Shown here: positions 23,726 to 33,430 of the stretch, piece by piece
How positions within the stretch are numbered: position 1 is the stretch's first letter
Layout: each line of letters starts with the position of its first letter
DNA from: Escherichia coli
GTDB lineage: Bacteria > Pseudomonadota > Gammaproteobacteria > Enterobacterales > Enterobacteriaceae
Reading direction: 5' to 3' (one strand)
DNA length: 64,000 bases
Assembly (NCBI RefSeq): GCF_016026235.1
Contig: NZ_CP065613.1
Notes under the pieces: generated by a model
The model's input: only the letters and a program-made list of their open reading frames with translations
The model's database searches: none
What the model was told of the DNA's origin: nothing
Position numbers and translations under genes: made by a program

Positions 23726-26700
23726 ATGGACAAGGAATTACCGTGGCTGGCTGATAACGCCCAACTGGAACTGAAATATAAAAAGGGTAAAACACCACTC
23801 AGCCATCGCAATTGGCCGGGCGAACCAGTGCCTGTTATCACTGAAAGCATCATTCAGACACTGGGTGATGAATTGCTACAAAAAGCTGAGAAGAAAAAAA
23901 ACATTGTCTGGCGTTATGAAAATTTTTTACTGGAGTGGCAGTCCGCCATCACGCAGGCCATCAACTTGATCGGCGAACACAAACCCTCAATCCCAGCCCG
24001 GACAATGGCGGCGCTAGCCTGTATCGCGCAAAATGACAGCCAACAGTTGCTCGACGAAATCGTCCAACAAGAGGGGCTGGAATATGCGACGGATGTAGTG
24101 ATGGCGCGTCAGTGCATTGCGCGGCGTTATGAGAGTGATTCACTGGTCGTCACTTTGCAGTATCAGGACGAGGACTATGGCTACGGTTATGGCTCCGCGA
24201 CCTATAACGATTTCGATCTCCGTTTGCGTAAGCATCTGTCGCTGGCAGAGGAAAGTTGCTGGCAGCGTTGTGCCGATAAACTCATTGCCGCACTGCCAGG
24301 AATACCCAAAATTCGCCGTCCTTTTATTGCGCTGATCCTCCCGGAAAAGCCTGAAATAGCCAATGAACTCGCCAGTCTTGAAAGCTCCCGGTCAAGTCTC
24401 CATTCAAAGGAGTGGTTAAAGGTCGTTGCTACTGATAATACGGCGGTAAAAAAACTCGAACGATACTGGGGCCTGGACGTATTTAGCGATCGCGAAGCCA
24501 GCTACATGTCACAAAAAAACCACTTCGGCTACGCGGCCTGCGCCGCCCTTTTGCGCGAACAAGGACTGGCAGCCATTCCGCGCCTCGCGATGTATGCCCA
24601 TAAAGAAGATTGCGGCAGTCTGTTGGTACAAATTAACCATCCGCAGGTCATCCACACCTTGCTACTGGTGGCTGATAAAAACAAACCCAGCCTGCAACGT
24701 GTGGCTAAATACAGTAAAAACTTCCCCCACGCGACGCTCGCGGCACTGGCAGAACTGCTGGCGTTAAAAGAACCACCAGCCCGCCCTGGTTATCCAATCA
24801 TCGAAGACAAAAAGCTGCCTGCCCAGCAAAAAGCACGCGATGAATACTGGCGTACGCTGTTACAAACGCTGATGGCATCGCAGCCACAACTGGCAGAAGA
24901 GGTGATGCAGTGGTTAAGTACTCAAGCCCGGGCAGTACTGAATAGTTATTTATTGGCACCGCCCAAACCGGTTATTGATGGCACCGATAACAGCAATCTG
25001 CCTGAAATCCTCGTTTCACCACCGTGGCGTAGTAAGAAAAAAATGACAGCTCCACGTCTTGATTTGGCACCGCTCGAATTAACCCCGCAAGTTTACTGGC
25101 AACCAGGCGAACAAGAGAGGCTTGCCTCCACTGAGTCTGCCCGTTATTTCAGCACGGAATCTCTTGCGGAACGCATGGAACAAAAAAGTGGGCGAGTTGT
25201 ATTACAGGAACTGGGTTTTGGGGATGATGTATGGCTGTTTCTGAATTATATACTCCCCGGAAAACTGGATGCTGCACGCAATTCACTCATTGTTCAGTGG
25301 CATTACTACCAGGGGCGGGTTGAAGAGATCCTGAATGGCTGGAACTCCCCGGAAGCACAATTAGCAGAACAGGCGCTCCGCAGCGGTCACATAGAAGCGT
25401 TAATTAACATATGGGAAAATGACAACTACTCACGTTATCGTCCGGAAAAGAGTGTCTGGAACCTGTATTTATTGGCACAGTTGCCGCGTGAGATGGCTTT
25501 GACCTTCTGGCTGCGTATCAATGAGAAAAAACATCTGTTCGCGGGTGAGGACTATTTTCTTAGTATCCTCGGGTTGGATGCGCTACCAGGTCTGATGTTG
25601 GCTTTTTCACATCGTACAAAAGAAACATTTCCGTTAATTTTAAATTTTGGCGCAACAGAACTGGCCCTGCCCGTTGCCCGCGTCTGGCGACGTTTCGCGG
25701 TGCAGCGTGATCTGGCTCGCCAGTGGATTTTACATTGGCCGGAACATACGGCTACTGCACTTATCCCTCTTGTCTTCACCAAATCCAGCGATAATAGCGA
25801 AGCTGCATTACTTGCCCTGCGTTTACTTTACGAACATGGGCATGGCGAATTGCTACAAACTGTAGCCAATCGTTGGCAGCGTAAAGATGTATGGCCTGCC
25901 CTGGAACAATTACTGAAACAGGGTCCAATGGACATTTACCCGGCACGCATTCCAAAAGCCCCTGATTTCTGGCATCCGGCAATGTGGTCCAGGCCTCGAC
26001 TTATCACTAATAATCAGCCTGTTACCGATGACGCTCTGGAAATTATCGGCGAAATGCTGCGCTTTACCCAGGGGGGACGTTTTTATAGCGGGCTGGAACA
26101 ACTGAAAACGTTTTGCCAGCCACAAACGCTGGCCGCTTTTGCCTGGGATCTCTTCACTGCGTGGCAACAAGCTGGTGCCCCCGCAAAAGACAACTGGGCA
26201 TTTCTGGCGTTAAGTCTCTTTGGTGACGAAAGCACGGCTCGGGATCTGACGACACAGATCCTCGCCTGGCCACAAGAAGGCAAATCTGCCCGTGCTGTCA
26301 TTGGTCTGAATATACTTACCTTGATGAATAATGATATGGCGCTGATACAGCTGCATCATGTATCACAACGGGCGAAATCCTCTTCATTACGTGAAAACGC
26401 AGCGGAATTTCTTCAGGTGGTCGCAGAAAATCGCGGGCTAAGCCAGGAAGAGTTAGCGGACAGATTAGTCCCAACACTGGGTCTTGATGATCCGCAGGCG
26501 TTGATTTTTGATTTTGGTCCCCGGCAGTTTACCGTTCGCTTCGATGAAAACCTCAACCCGGTTATCTTTGATCAGCAAAACGTTCGCCAGAAAAGCGTTC
26601 CCCGGTTGCGCGCCGATGACGATCAACTGAAAGCGCCCGAGGCACTGGCCCGACTAAAAGGGCTAAAAAAAGATGCTACTCAGGTGAGCAAAAACCTGCT

Positions 26701-27358
26701 CCCGCGTCTTGAAGCTGCCCTACGTACCACCCGACGCTGGTCGCTGGCAGATTTTCATTCTCTGTTTGTTAATCATCCCTTTACCCGTCTGGTTACCCAG
26801 CGATTAATATGGGGGGTTTATCCGGCAAATGAACCGCGTTGTTTACTCAACGCCTTTCGTGTGGCCGCAGAGGGGGAGTTCTGCAATGCGCAAGATGAGC
26901 CAATTGACCTGCCTGCGGACACTCTGATTGGCATTGCCCACCCGTTAGAAATGACAGCAGAAATGCGCAGTGAATTTGCACAGCTTTTTGCCGATTACGA
27001 AATTATGCCGCCTTTTCGCCAGTTGTCGCGCCGCACGGTGCTGCTCACACCTGACGAGTCAACCAGTAACAGCCTGACTCGCTGGGAAGGTAAATCCGCT
27101 ACCGTTGGGCAACTTATGGGAATGCGATACAAAGGCTGGGAGTCAGGCTATGAGGACGCATTTGTCTATGACCTGGGTGAGTACCGGCTGGTCCTTAAGT
27201 TTTCACCCGGTTTTAACCACTACAATGTTGATAGCAAAGCGCTAATGAGCTTCCGTTCTCTTCGAGTGTACCGTGACAATAAATCCGTCACTTTTGCCGA
27301 ACTTGATGTGTTTGATTTGAGTGAGGCGTTAAGCGCACCTGACGTCATTTTCCATTAA
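23726..27358 (+). CDS. yehI: large uncharacterised protein, intact third paralog of the array
   Basis: 1210-aa uninterrupted ORF; C-terminal ~480 aa homologous to the C-termini of the two upstream genes. Confidence 0.8.
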   Translation: MDKELPWLADNAQLELKYKKGKTPLSHRNWPGEPVPVITESIIQTLGDELLQKAEKKKNIVWRYENFLLEWQSAITQAINLIGEHKPSIPARTMAALACIAQNDSQQLLDEIVQQEGLEYATDVVMARQCIARRYESDSLVVTLQYQDEDYGYGYGSATYNDFDLRLRKHLSLAEESCWQRCADKLIAALPGIPKIRRPFIALILPEKPEIANELASLESSRSSLHSKEWLKVVATDNTAVKKLERYWGLDVFSDREASYMSQKNHFGYAACAALLREQGLAAIPRLAMYAHKEDCGSLLVQINHPQVIHTLLLVADKNKPSLQRVAKYSKNFPHATLAALAELLALKEPPARPGYPIIEDKKLPAQQKARDEYWRTLLQTLMASQPQLAEEVMQWLSTQARAVLNSYLLAPPKPVIDGTDNSNLPEILVSPPWRSKKKMTAPRLDLAPLELTPQVYWQPGEQERLASTESARYFSTESLAERMEQKSGRVVLQELGFGDDVWLFLNYILPGKLDAARNSLIVQWHYYQGRVEEILNGWNSPEAQLAEQALRSGHIEALINIWENDNYSRYRPEKSVWNLYLLAQLPREMALTFWLRINEKKHLFAGEDYFLSILGLDALPGLMLAFSHRTKETFPLILNFGATELALPVARVWRRFAVQRDLARQWILHWPEHTATALIPLVFTKSSDNSEAALLALRLLYEHGHGELLQTVANRWQRKDVWPALEQLLKQGPMDIYPARIPKAPDFWHPAMWSRPRLITNNQPVTDDALEIIGEMLRFTQGGRFYSGLEQLKTFCQPQTLAAFAWDLFTAWQQAGAPAKDNWAFLALSLFGDESTARDLTTQILAWPQEGKSARAVIGLNILTLMNNDMALIQLHHVSQRAKSSSLRENAAEFLQVVAENRGLSQEELADRLVPTLGLDDPQALIFDFGPRQFTVRFDENLNPVIFDQQNVRQKSVPRLRADDDQLKAPEALARLKGLKKDATQVSKNLLPRLEAALRTTRRWSLADFHSLFVNHPFTRLVTQRLIWGVYPANEPRCLLNAFRVAAEGEFCNAQDEPIDLPADTLIGIAHPLEMTAEMRSEFAQLFADYEIMPPFRQLSRRTVLLTPDESTSNSLTRWEGKSATVGQLMGMRYKGWESGYEDAFVYDLGEYRLVLKFSPGFNHYNVDSKALMSFRSLRVYRDNKSVTFAELDVFDLSEALSAPDVIFH

Positions 27359-27418
27359 AACACAGCGGGCAGTGATGCAACTGCCCGTTATTAACACGAC
27401 TTACCAGCGGGGAAAGCG

Positions 27419-27739
27419 ATGATCGTGCAAAAAGAGCTGGTTGCTATTTACGATTATGAGGTCCCTGTACCTGAAGATCCGTTTTCCTTCAGACTTGAGA
27501 TCCATAAATGCTCTGAATTATTTACAGGTTCCGTCTATCGACTGGAGCGATTCCGGCTACATCCAACATTTCATCAACGTGATCGAGAAGATGCTGACCC
27601 GCTAATAAATGATGCGTTGATTTATATAAGAGATGAGTGTATTGATGAGCGGAAATTACGAGGTGAATCACCTGAAACTGTAATAGCAATTTTTAATCGT
27701 GAACTACAGAATATATTCATCCAACAAATAGAAAAATAG
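27419..27739 (+). CDS. yehK: small uncharacterised protein YehK
   Basis: 106-aa ORF with a GGGGAAAG Shine-Dalgarno. Confidence 0.7.
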   Translation: MIVQKELVAIYDYEVPVPEDPFSFRLEIHKCSELFTGSVYRLERFRLHPTFHQRDREDADPLINDALIYIRDECIDERKLRGESPETVIAIFNRELQNIFIQQIEK

Positions 27740-27792
27740 CTTTATTAAAGGGGGAAACGGTATTCCCCCTTAGATGCGTTTCAATTTGCCCG

Positions 27793-27882
27793 TTACTTCA
27801 ACAAATCAATCAACCGTAACAGAGCCACTAATAACTCCAGTACGGCAATGAGCACGATTAACTTTTGTGTCAGCGTGTCCAT
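27793..27882 (-). CDS. zorO: type I toxin, ZorO family (29 aa), copy 1
   Basis: AAGGAG-agcgg-ATG…TAA encodes MDTLTQKLIVLIAVLELLVALLRLIDLLK; terminator hairpin at 27749-27775; TATAAT-like -10 on the minus strand at ~28064-28069 implies a long 5' UTR. Confidence 0.75.
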   Translation of the reverse strand: MDTLTQKLIVLIAVLELLVALLRLIDLLK

Positions 27883-28120
27883 CCGCTCTCCTTATTAAGG
27901 AGCGCAACACCAGCACCTTACCCTTACACTGCCTGTCGATACTGGTTTACGTATGTTGGTACGAAACGTTGCTCTCCGGATCAGAGCACCGCCTGCGGCA
28001 CCACCCGTCCAGCAGCCAGGACTTAAAATTGGTCCGATCCGGCACAACCTCCCAACGGGCAGGATTATAAATCTCATTCACTGAATTGCAATGGAGTGTG
28101 GATATGGTTATAATTTATTC

Positions 28121-28201
28121 GTTGGTACGAAATGTTGCACAATCAGCAAGTTAGCGTCACTGTAGTAAATAAAAGAACCTGCCTCACCAGCAGGTTTTTT
28201 T
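28121..28201 (+). ncRNA. orzO: OrzO-type antitoxin sRNA, copy 1 (ends inferred)
   Basis: TATAAT at 28109-28114; hairpin acctgc-ctcacca-gcaggt plus T7 at ~28176-28201; 5' 18 nt (28121-28138) complementary to the copy-1 toxin 5' UTR (27955-27972) with one G-U. Confidence 0.6.
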
Positions 28202-28400
28202 ATTTTCTGCGATCTACTTTCCAGATATTTTTTGCCAATAGCCCACCATAAATATTCACATCCCGGTCAAATGGTGCGTTGAATATAAAATCGATGAACT
28301 TATAAATAAACATGAGTTATATGATGAATTAATAAAAACAGTAATCATTTTATTAAAGGGGGAAGCGGTTTTCCCCCTTAGATGCGTTTCAATTTGCCCG

Positions 28401-28490
28401 TTACTTCAACAAATCAATCAACTGTAACAGAGCTACTAATAGCTCCAGTACAGCAATGAGCACGGTTAACTTTTGTGTCAGCGTGTCCAT
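28401..28490 (-). CDS. zorP: type I toxin, ZorO/ZorP family (29 aa), copy 2
   Basis: Encodes MDTLTQKLTVLIAVLELLVALLQLIDLLK with the same Shine-Dalgarno and terminator arrangement as copy 1. Confidence 0.75.
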   Translation of the reverse strand: MDTLTQKLTVLIAVLELLVALLQLIDLLK

Positions 28491-28728
28491 CCGCTCTCCT
28501 TATTAAGGAGCGCAACACCAGCACCTTACCCTTACACTGCCTGTCGATACTGGTTTACGTATGTTGGACCACGATGTTGCACTCCGGATCAGGGCACCAC
28601 CTGCAGCACCACCCGTCCGGTAGCCAGGACTTGAAATAGGTTCGATCCGGCGCAACGTCCCAACGGTCTGGATTATAAATCTCATTATCTTAATTGCAAC
28701 GGGGTCCAGCCATGGTTATAATTCGTTC

Positions 28729-28811
28729 GTTGGAACACGATGTTGCACAGGCTGTGGTGTTAGGCCTGAAAATAGTAAATAAAAGAACCTGCCTCACCAG
28801 CAGGTTTTTTT
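28729..28811 (+). ncRNA. orzP: OrzO/OrzP-type antitoxin sRNA, copy 2 (ends inferred)
   Basis: TATAAT at 28717-28722; terminator at ~28786-28811; 5' 18 nt (28729-28746) match the copy-2 toxin UTR (28563-28580) but differ from copy 1 at 5 positions. Confidence 0.6.
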
Positions 28812-28922
28812 ATTTACTGTGATCTGCTTTCCAGATATTTTTCGCTCAAACAACTAATGCGCCAAACATTTATTGCGCGTAAAATATCGTTTATTTCATT
28901 AATACATTTCAGGGATGAATAT

Positions 28923-30011
28923 ATGTCACCGCAGAATAATCATCTGCAGCGTCCGCCTGCTGCTGTGTTATACGCCGATGAACTGGCAAAATTAAAACAA
29001 AATGATAACGCACCTTGCCCGCCCGGTTGGCAGTTAAGTTTGCCTGCGGCCCGTGCTTTTATCCTTGGCGATAGCGCGCAAAATATTAGCCGTAAAGTGG
29101 TGATTAGTCCCTCCGCTGTCGAACGTATGTTAGTCACTCTTGCCACCGGACGCGGTTTGATGTTGGTGGGGGAACCTGGCACCGCAAAATCTCTCCTGTC
29201 TGAATTACTGGCAACCGCTATTAGCGGCGATGCCGGGTTAACCGTCCAGGGCGGCGCATCTACTACCGAAGATCAAATCAAGTACGGCTGGAACTACGCC
29301 CTGCTTATCAATCATGGTCCATCAACGGAAGCGCTGGTCCCTGCCCCGCTTTACCAGGGAATGCGCGACGGCAAAATCGTCCGTTTTGAAGAGATAACGC
29401 GTACACCGCTGGAAGTGCAAGACTGTCTGTTAGGCATGCTTTCTGACAGGGTGATGACGGTGCCGGAACTCACTGGTGAAGCCAGTCAGCTCTATGCGCG
29501 AGAAGGCTTTAATATTATTGCCACTGCCAATACCCGCGATCGCGGCGTCAATGAAATGAGTGCTGCGCTAAAGCGTCGCTTCGATTTTGAAACTGTCTTT
29601 CCGATTATGGATTTCGCCCAGGAGCTGGAGCTTGTCGCCAGTGCTTCGGCGCGTTTGCTGGCCCATAGCGGTATTCCGCATAAAGTGCCTGACGCGGTAC
29701 TGGAGTTACTGGTCCGCACCTTCCGCGATCTGCGTGCCAACGGCGAAAAGAAAACGTCAATGGATACACTAACAGCGATTATGTCCACGGCTGAAGCCGT
29801 GAACGTGGCCCACGCCGTGGGCGTCCGCGCCTGGTTTTTAGCGAATCGCGCGGGGGAGCCTGCCGACCTGGTGGACTGTATTGCCGGAACCATCGTCAAA
29901 GATAACGAAGAAGATCGCGCTCGTCTGCGCCGTTACTTCGAACAGCGTGTCGCCACACATAAAGAAGCTCACTGGCAGGCTTATTATCAAGCCCGCCACC
30001 GCCTGCCGTGA
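28923..30011 (+). CDS. yehL: MoxR-family AAA+ ATPase
   Basis: Start at MSPQNNHLQRPPAAVLYADELAKL gives 362 aa; Walker A LVGEPGTAKS. Confidence 0.85.
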   Translation: MSPQNNHLQRPPAAVLYADELAKLKQNDNAPCPPGWQLSLPAARAFILGDSAQNISRKVVISPSAVERMLVTLATGRGLMLVGEPGTAKSLLSELLATAISGDAGLTVQGGASTTEDQIKYGWNYALLINHGPSTEALVPAPLYQGMRDGKIVRFEEITRTPLEVQDCLLGMLSDRVMTVPELTGEASQLYAREGFNIIATANTRDRGVNEMSAALKRRFDFETVFPIMDFAQELELVASASARLLAHSGIPHKVPDAVLELLVRTFRDLRANGEKKTSMDTLTAIMSTAEAVNVAHAVGVRAWFLANRAGEPADLVDCIAGTIVKDNEEDRARLRRYFEQRVATHKEAHWQAYYQARHRLP

Positions 30012-30021
30012 GGAAAGATGC

Positions 30022-32301
30022 ATGAGCGAGCCGTTAATTGTCGGCATCCGGCATCATAGTCCGGCCTGCGCCCGGCTGGTGAAATCGTTAATCGAAAGCC
30101 AGCGGCCACGATACGTGTTGATTGAAGGCCCGGCTGATTTTAATGACCGGGTAGACGAACTGTTTTTAGCCCACCAGCTTCCGGTAGCTATTTACAGTTA
30201 TTGCCAGTATCAGGACGGTGCAGCCCCCGGGCGTGGTGCCTGGACGCCATTTGCTGAATTTTCGCCGGAGTGGCAGGCGCTACAAGCCGCTCGTCGTATT
30301 CAGGCACAAACTTACTTCATCGATTTGCCTTGCTGGGCACAGAGTGAAGAAGAGGACGATTCGCCTGATACGCAAGAGGAAAGCCAGACCTTGCTGCTGC
30401 GTGCCACCCGCATGGATAACAGCGATAACCTGTGGGATCACTTGTTCGAAGATGAAAGCCAGCAAACTGCATTACCCTCTGCACTGGCGCACTATTTTGC
30501 CCAACTGCGGGGCGATTTCCCCGGCGATGCACTCAATCGTCAGCGCGAAGCCTTTATGGCTCGCTGGATTGCATGGGCGGTGCAGCAAAATAATGGCGAC
30601 GTGTTAGTCGTCTGCGGTGGCTGGCACGCTCCGGCACTGGCAAAAATGTGGCGCGAATGCCCGCAGGACATTAACAAGCCAGAATTGCCCTCGCTGGCAG
30701 ATGCCGTTACAGGTTGTTATCTCACACCCTACAGTGAAAAGCGCCTTGATGTGCTGGCAGGATACCTTTCAGGAATGCCTGCCCCGGTCTGGCAAAGCTG
30801 GTGCTGGCTGTGGGGCTTACAGCAGGCGGGAGAACAACTGCTAAAAACGGTTCTTACCCGTTTGCGCCAACACCACTTGCCTGCTTCGACCGCGGATATG
30901 GCTGCCGCTCATCTGCATGCGATGGCGCTGGCACAGTTGCGCGGACATAAACTACCGTTACGCACTGACTGGCTGGATGCCATAGCAGGCTCGCTGATTA
31001 AAGAAGCCCTGAACGCGCCGTTGCCGTGGAGCTATCGCGGAGTTATTCATCCCGACACCGATCCGATTCTGCTAACGTTGATAGACACATTAGCGGGTGA
31101 CGGATTCGGTAAACTTGCCCCTTCTACGCCACAACCGCCTCTGCCAAAAGATGTCACCTGCGAACTGGAACGTACCGCAATCTCTCTTCCGGCGGAGCTT
31201 ACCTTAAATCGCTTTACCCCCAATGGACTAGCGCAAAGTCAGGTGTTACATCGTCTGGCAATACTGGAGATCCCAGGGATTGTACGCCAGCAGGGAAGCA
31301 CACTGACACTTGCAGGCAACGGTGAAGAACGCTGGAAATTAACCCGCCCACTTAGCCAGCATGCGGCATTGATTGAGGCCGCCTGCTTTGGTGCAACACT
31401 CCAGGAAGCCGCACGCCATAAATTAGAAGCCGATATGCTGGACGCGGGTGGAATCGGCAGTATCACCACATGTCTTAGCCAGGCGGCGTTAGCGGGTCTG
31501 GCGTCCTTCAGTCAACAATTACTGGAACAACTCACATTATTAATCGCCCAGGAAAATCAATTTGCCGAAATGGGCCAGGCGCTGGAAGTGCTATATGCAT
31601 TATGGCGGCTGGATGAAATTAGCGGTATGCAAGGCGCGCAGATATTACAAACGACGTTATGCGCGGCTATCGATCGCACGCTCTGGCTGTGTGAATCCAA
31701 CGGCAAACCGGATGAAAAGGAGTTTCACGCTCACCTGCATAGCTGGCAGGCGCTTTGCCATATCCTGCGCGATCTACATAGCGGCGTTAATTTACCCGGC
31801 GTTTCGCTTTCTGCGGCGGTAGCCTTACTGGAGCGACGCAGTCAGGCGATTCATGCCCCGGCGCTGGATCGCGGCGCGGCTCTTGGCGCACTGATGCGTC
31901 TGGAACATCCCAACGCCAGTGCCGAAGCGGCGCTGGCGATGCTGGCACAGTTTTTCCCGGCACAATCCGGCGAAGCGCTGCACGGTTTGCTGGCATTAGC
32001 CCGTCATCAACTGGCCTGTCAGCCGGCATTTATCGCCGGTTTCAGCAGCCATTTGAATCAACTAAGTGACGACGATTTTATTAACGCCCTGCCCGATTTA
32101 CGCGCGGCGATGGCCTGGCTACCACCACGAGAACGCGGGACGCTGGCGCATCAGGTGCTTGAGCATTATCAACTGGCGCAACTTCCCGTTTCGGCGCTGC
32201 AAATGCCGTTGCATTGTCCACCACAAGCCATTGCACATCATCAACAACTCGAACAGCAGGCACTGGCATCGCTGCAAAACTGGGGAGTTTTCCATGTCTG
32301 A
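30022..32301 (+). CDS. yehM: large uncharacterised protein of the yehLMPQ operon
   Basis: Start at MSEPLIVGIRHHSPACARLV gives 759 aa; no motif I can name; 10 nt after the yehL stop. Confidence 0.8.
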   Translation: MSEPLIVGIRHHSPACARLVKSLIESQRPRYVLIEGPADFNDRVDELFLAHQLPVAIYSYCQYQDGAAPGRGAWTPFAEFSPEWQALQAARRIQAQTYFIDLPCWAQSEEEDDSPDTQEESQTLLLRATRMDNSDNLWDHLFEDESQQTALPSALAHYFAQLRGDFPGDALNRQREAFMARWIAWAVQQNNGDVLVVCGGWHAPALAKMWRECPQDINKPELPSLADAVTGCYLTPYSEKRLDVLAGYLSGMPAPVWQSWCWLWGLQQAGEQLLKTVLTRLRQHHLPASTADMAAAHLHAMALAQLRGHKLPLRTDWLDAIAGSLIKEALNAPLPWSYRGVIHPDTDPILLTLIDTLAGDGFGKLAPSTPQPPLPKDVTCELERTAISLPAELTLNRFTPNGLAQSQVLHRLAILEIPGIVRQQGSTLTLAGNGEERWKLTRPLSQHAALIEAACFGATLQEAARHKLEADMLDAGGIGSITTCLSQAALAGLASFSQQLLEQLTLLIAQENQFAEMGQALEVLYALWRLDEISGMQGAQILQTTLCAAIDRTLWLCESNGKPDEKEFHAHLHSWQALCHILRDLHSGVNLPGVSLSAAVALLERRSQAIHAPALDRGAALGALMRLEHPNASAEAALAMLAQFFPAQSGEALHGLLALARHQLACQPAFIAGFSSHLNQLSDDDFINALPDLRAAMAWLPPRERGTLAHQVLEHYQLAQLPVSALQMPLHCPPQAIAHHQQLEQQALASLQNWGVFHV

Positions 32302-33430
32302 ACTGAACGATCTTCTGACCACCCGTGAGCTACAACGCTGGCGATTAATTCTTGGCGAAGCGGCAGAAACGACGCTTTGTGGGCTGGATGACAACGCCCG
32401 GCAGATAGACCACGCGCTGGAGTGGCTGTATGGGCGCGATCCTGAACGGCTCCAGCGTGGTGAACGTTCCGGTGGATTAGGTGGCTCAAATCTCACCACC
32501 CCTGAGTGGATTAACTGTATTCACAGGCTGTTTCCGCAACAGGTGATTGAGCGGCTGGAAAGCGATGCCGTACTGCGCTACGGCATTGAAGATGTGGTGA
32601 CAAATCTCGACGTGCTGGAACGTATGCAGCCTTCTGAAAGCCTGCTACGCGCCGTTTTGCACACCAAACATCTGATGAATCCCGAAGTACTGGCTGCCGC
32701 CCGCCGGATAGTGCGCCAGGTTGTTGAAGAAATTATGGCGCGCCTGGCAAAGGAAGTTCGTCAGGCTTTTTCTGGTGTCCGCGATCGCCGTCGCCGCTCA
32801 TTTATTCCACTGGCGCGAAACTTTGATTTCAAAAGTACTCTTCGCGCCAACCTGCAACACTGGCACCCGCAACACGGCAAGTTGTATATCGAATCCCCCC
32901 GCTTTAACAGCCGCATTAAACGCCAAAGCGAACAATGGCAACTGGTCTTACTGGTTGATCAAAGCGGATCGATGGTGGACTCGGTGATCCACTCTGCGGT
33001 GATGGCGGCCTGTTTGTGGCAGTTACCCGGCATTCGTACCCATCTGGTGGCGTTTGACACCAGTGTGGTTGATCTCACGGCAGACGTTGCCGATCCGGTA
33101 GAGTTATTAATGAAAGTGCAATTAGGCGGCGGAACCAATATCGCCAGTGCCGTGGAATATGGTCGGCAACTTATTGAACAACCAGCAAAAAGCGTCATTA
33201 TCCTCGTGAGCGATTTTTACGAAGGGGGTTCATCATCATTGCTGACGCATCAGGTGAAAAAGTGTGTCCAGAGCGGCATCAAAGTGCTGGGACTGGCGGC
33301 GCTCGATAGCACAGCAACGCCTTGCTATGACCGCGATACGGCCCAGGCGCTGGTTAATGTCGGCGCACAAATAGCCGCCATGACACCGGGCGAACTGGCA
33401 TCATGGCTTGCGGAGAATCTTCAGTCATGA
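32294..33430 (+). CDS. yehP: von Willebrand factor A (VWA) domain protein
   Basis: 378 aa from MSELNDLLTTRELQRW; VWA-like core (LVLLVDQSGSM…); 8-nt overlap with the yehM stop. Confidence 0.8.
   Translation: MSELNDLLTTRELQRWRLILGEAAETTLCGLDDNARQIDHALEWLYGRDPERLQRGERSGGLGGSNLTTPEWINCIHRLFPQQVIERLESDAVLRYGIEDVVTNLDVLERMQPSESLLRAVLHTKHLMNPEVLAAARRIVRQVVEEIMARLAKEVRQAFSGVRDRRRRSFIPLARNFDFKSTLRANLQHWHPQHGKLYIESPRFNSRIKRQSEQWQLVLLVDQSGSMVDSVIHSAVMAACLWQLPGIRTHLVAFDTSVVDLTADVADPVELLMKVQLGGGTNIASAVEYGRQLIEQPAKSVIILVSDFYEGGSSSLLTHQVKKCVQSGIKVLGLAALDSTATPCYDRDTAQALVNVGAQIAAMTPGELASWLAENLQS

Larger units (their letters stand above)
27741..28845. repeat. two tandem ~497-bp repeat units (period ~607 bp), each a zorO/orzO-type type I toxin-antitoxin cassette
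   Basis: Unit 1 at 27741-28236 and unit 2 at 28348-28845 align along their length at roughly 90% identity. Confidence 0.85.

Noticed and set aside
27895-28077. 60-aa minus-strand ORF in zor repeat unit 1 (and its twin at 28503-28685)
   Set aside because: Lies in the predicted toxin 5' UTR and antitoxin promoter region, has no Shine-Dalgarno, and is Cys/Arg/Gly-rich low-complexity sequence; best explained as a chance frame inside a conserved RNA element.
27741-28845. Possible CRISPR array suggested by the tandem repeat
   Set aside because: Only two copies, each ~500 bp with period ~607 bp, containing a peptide gene and an sRNA; no short repeat-spacer structure.
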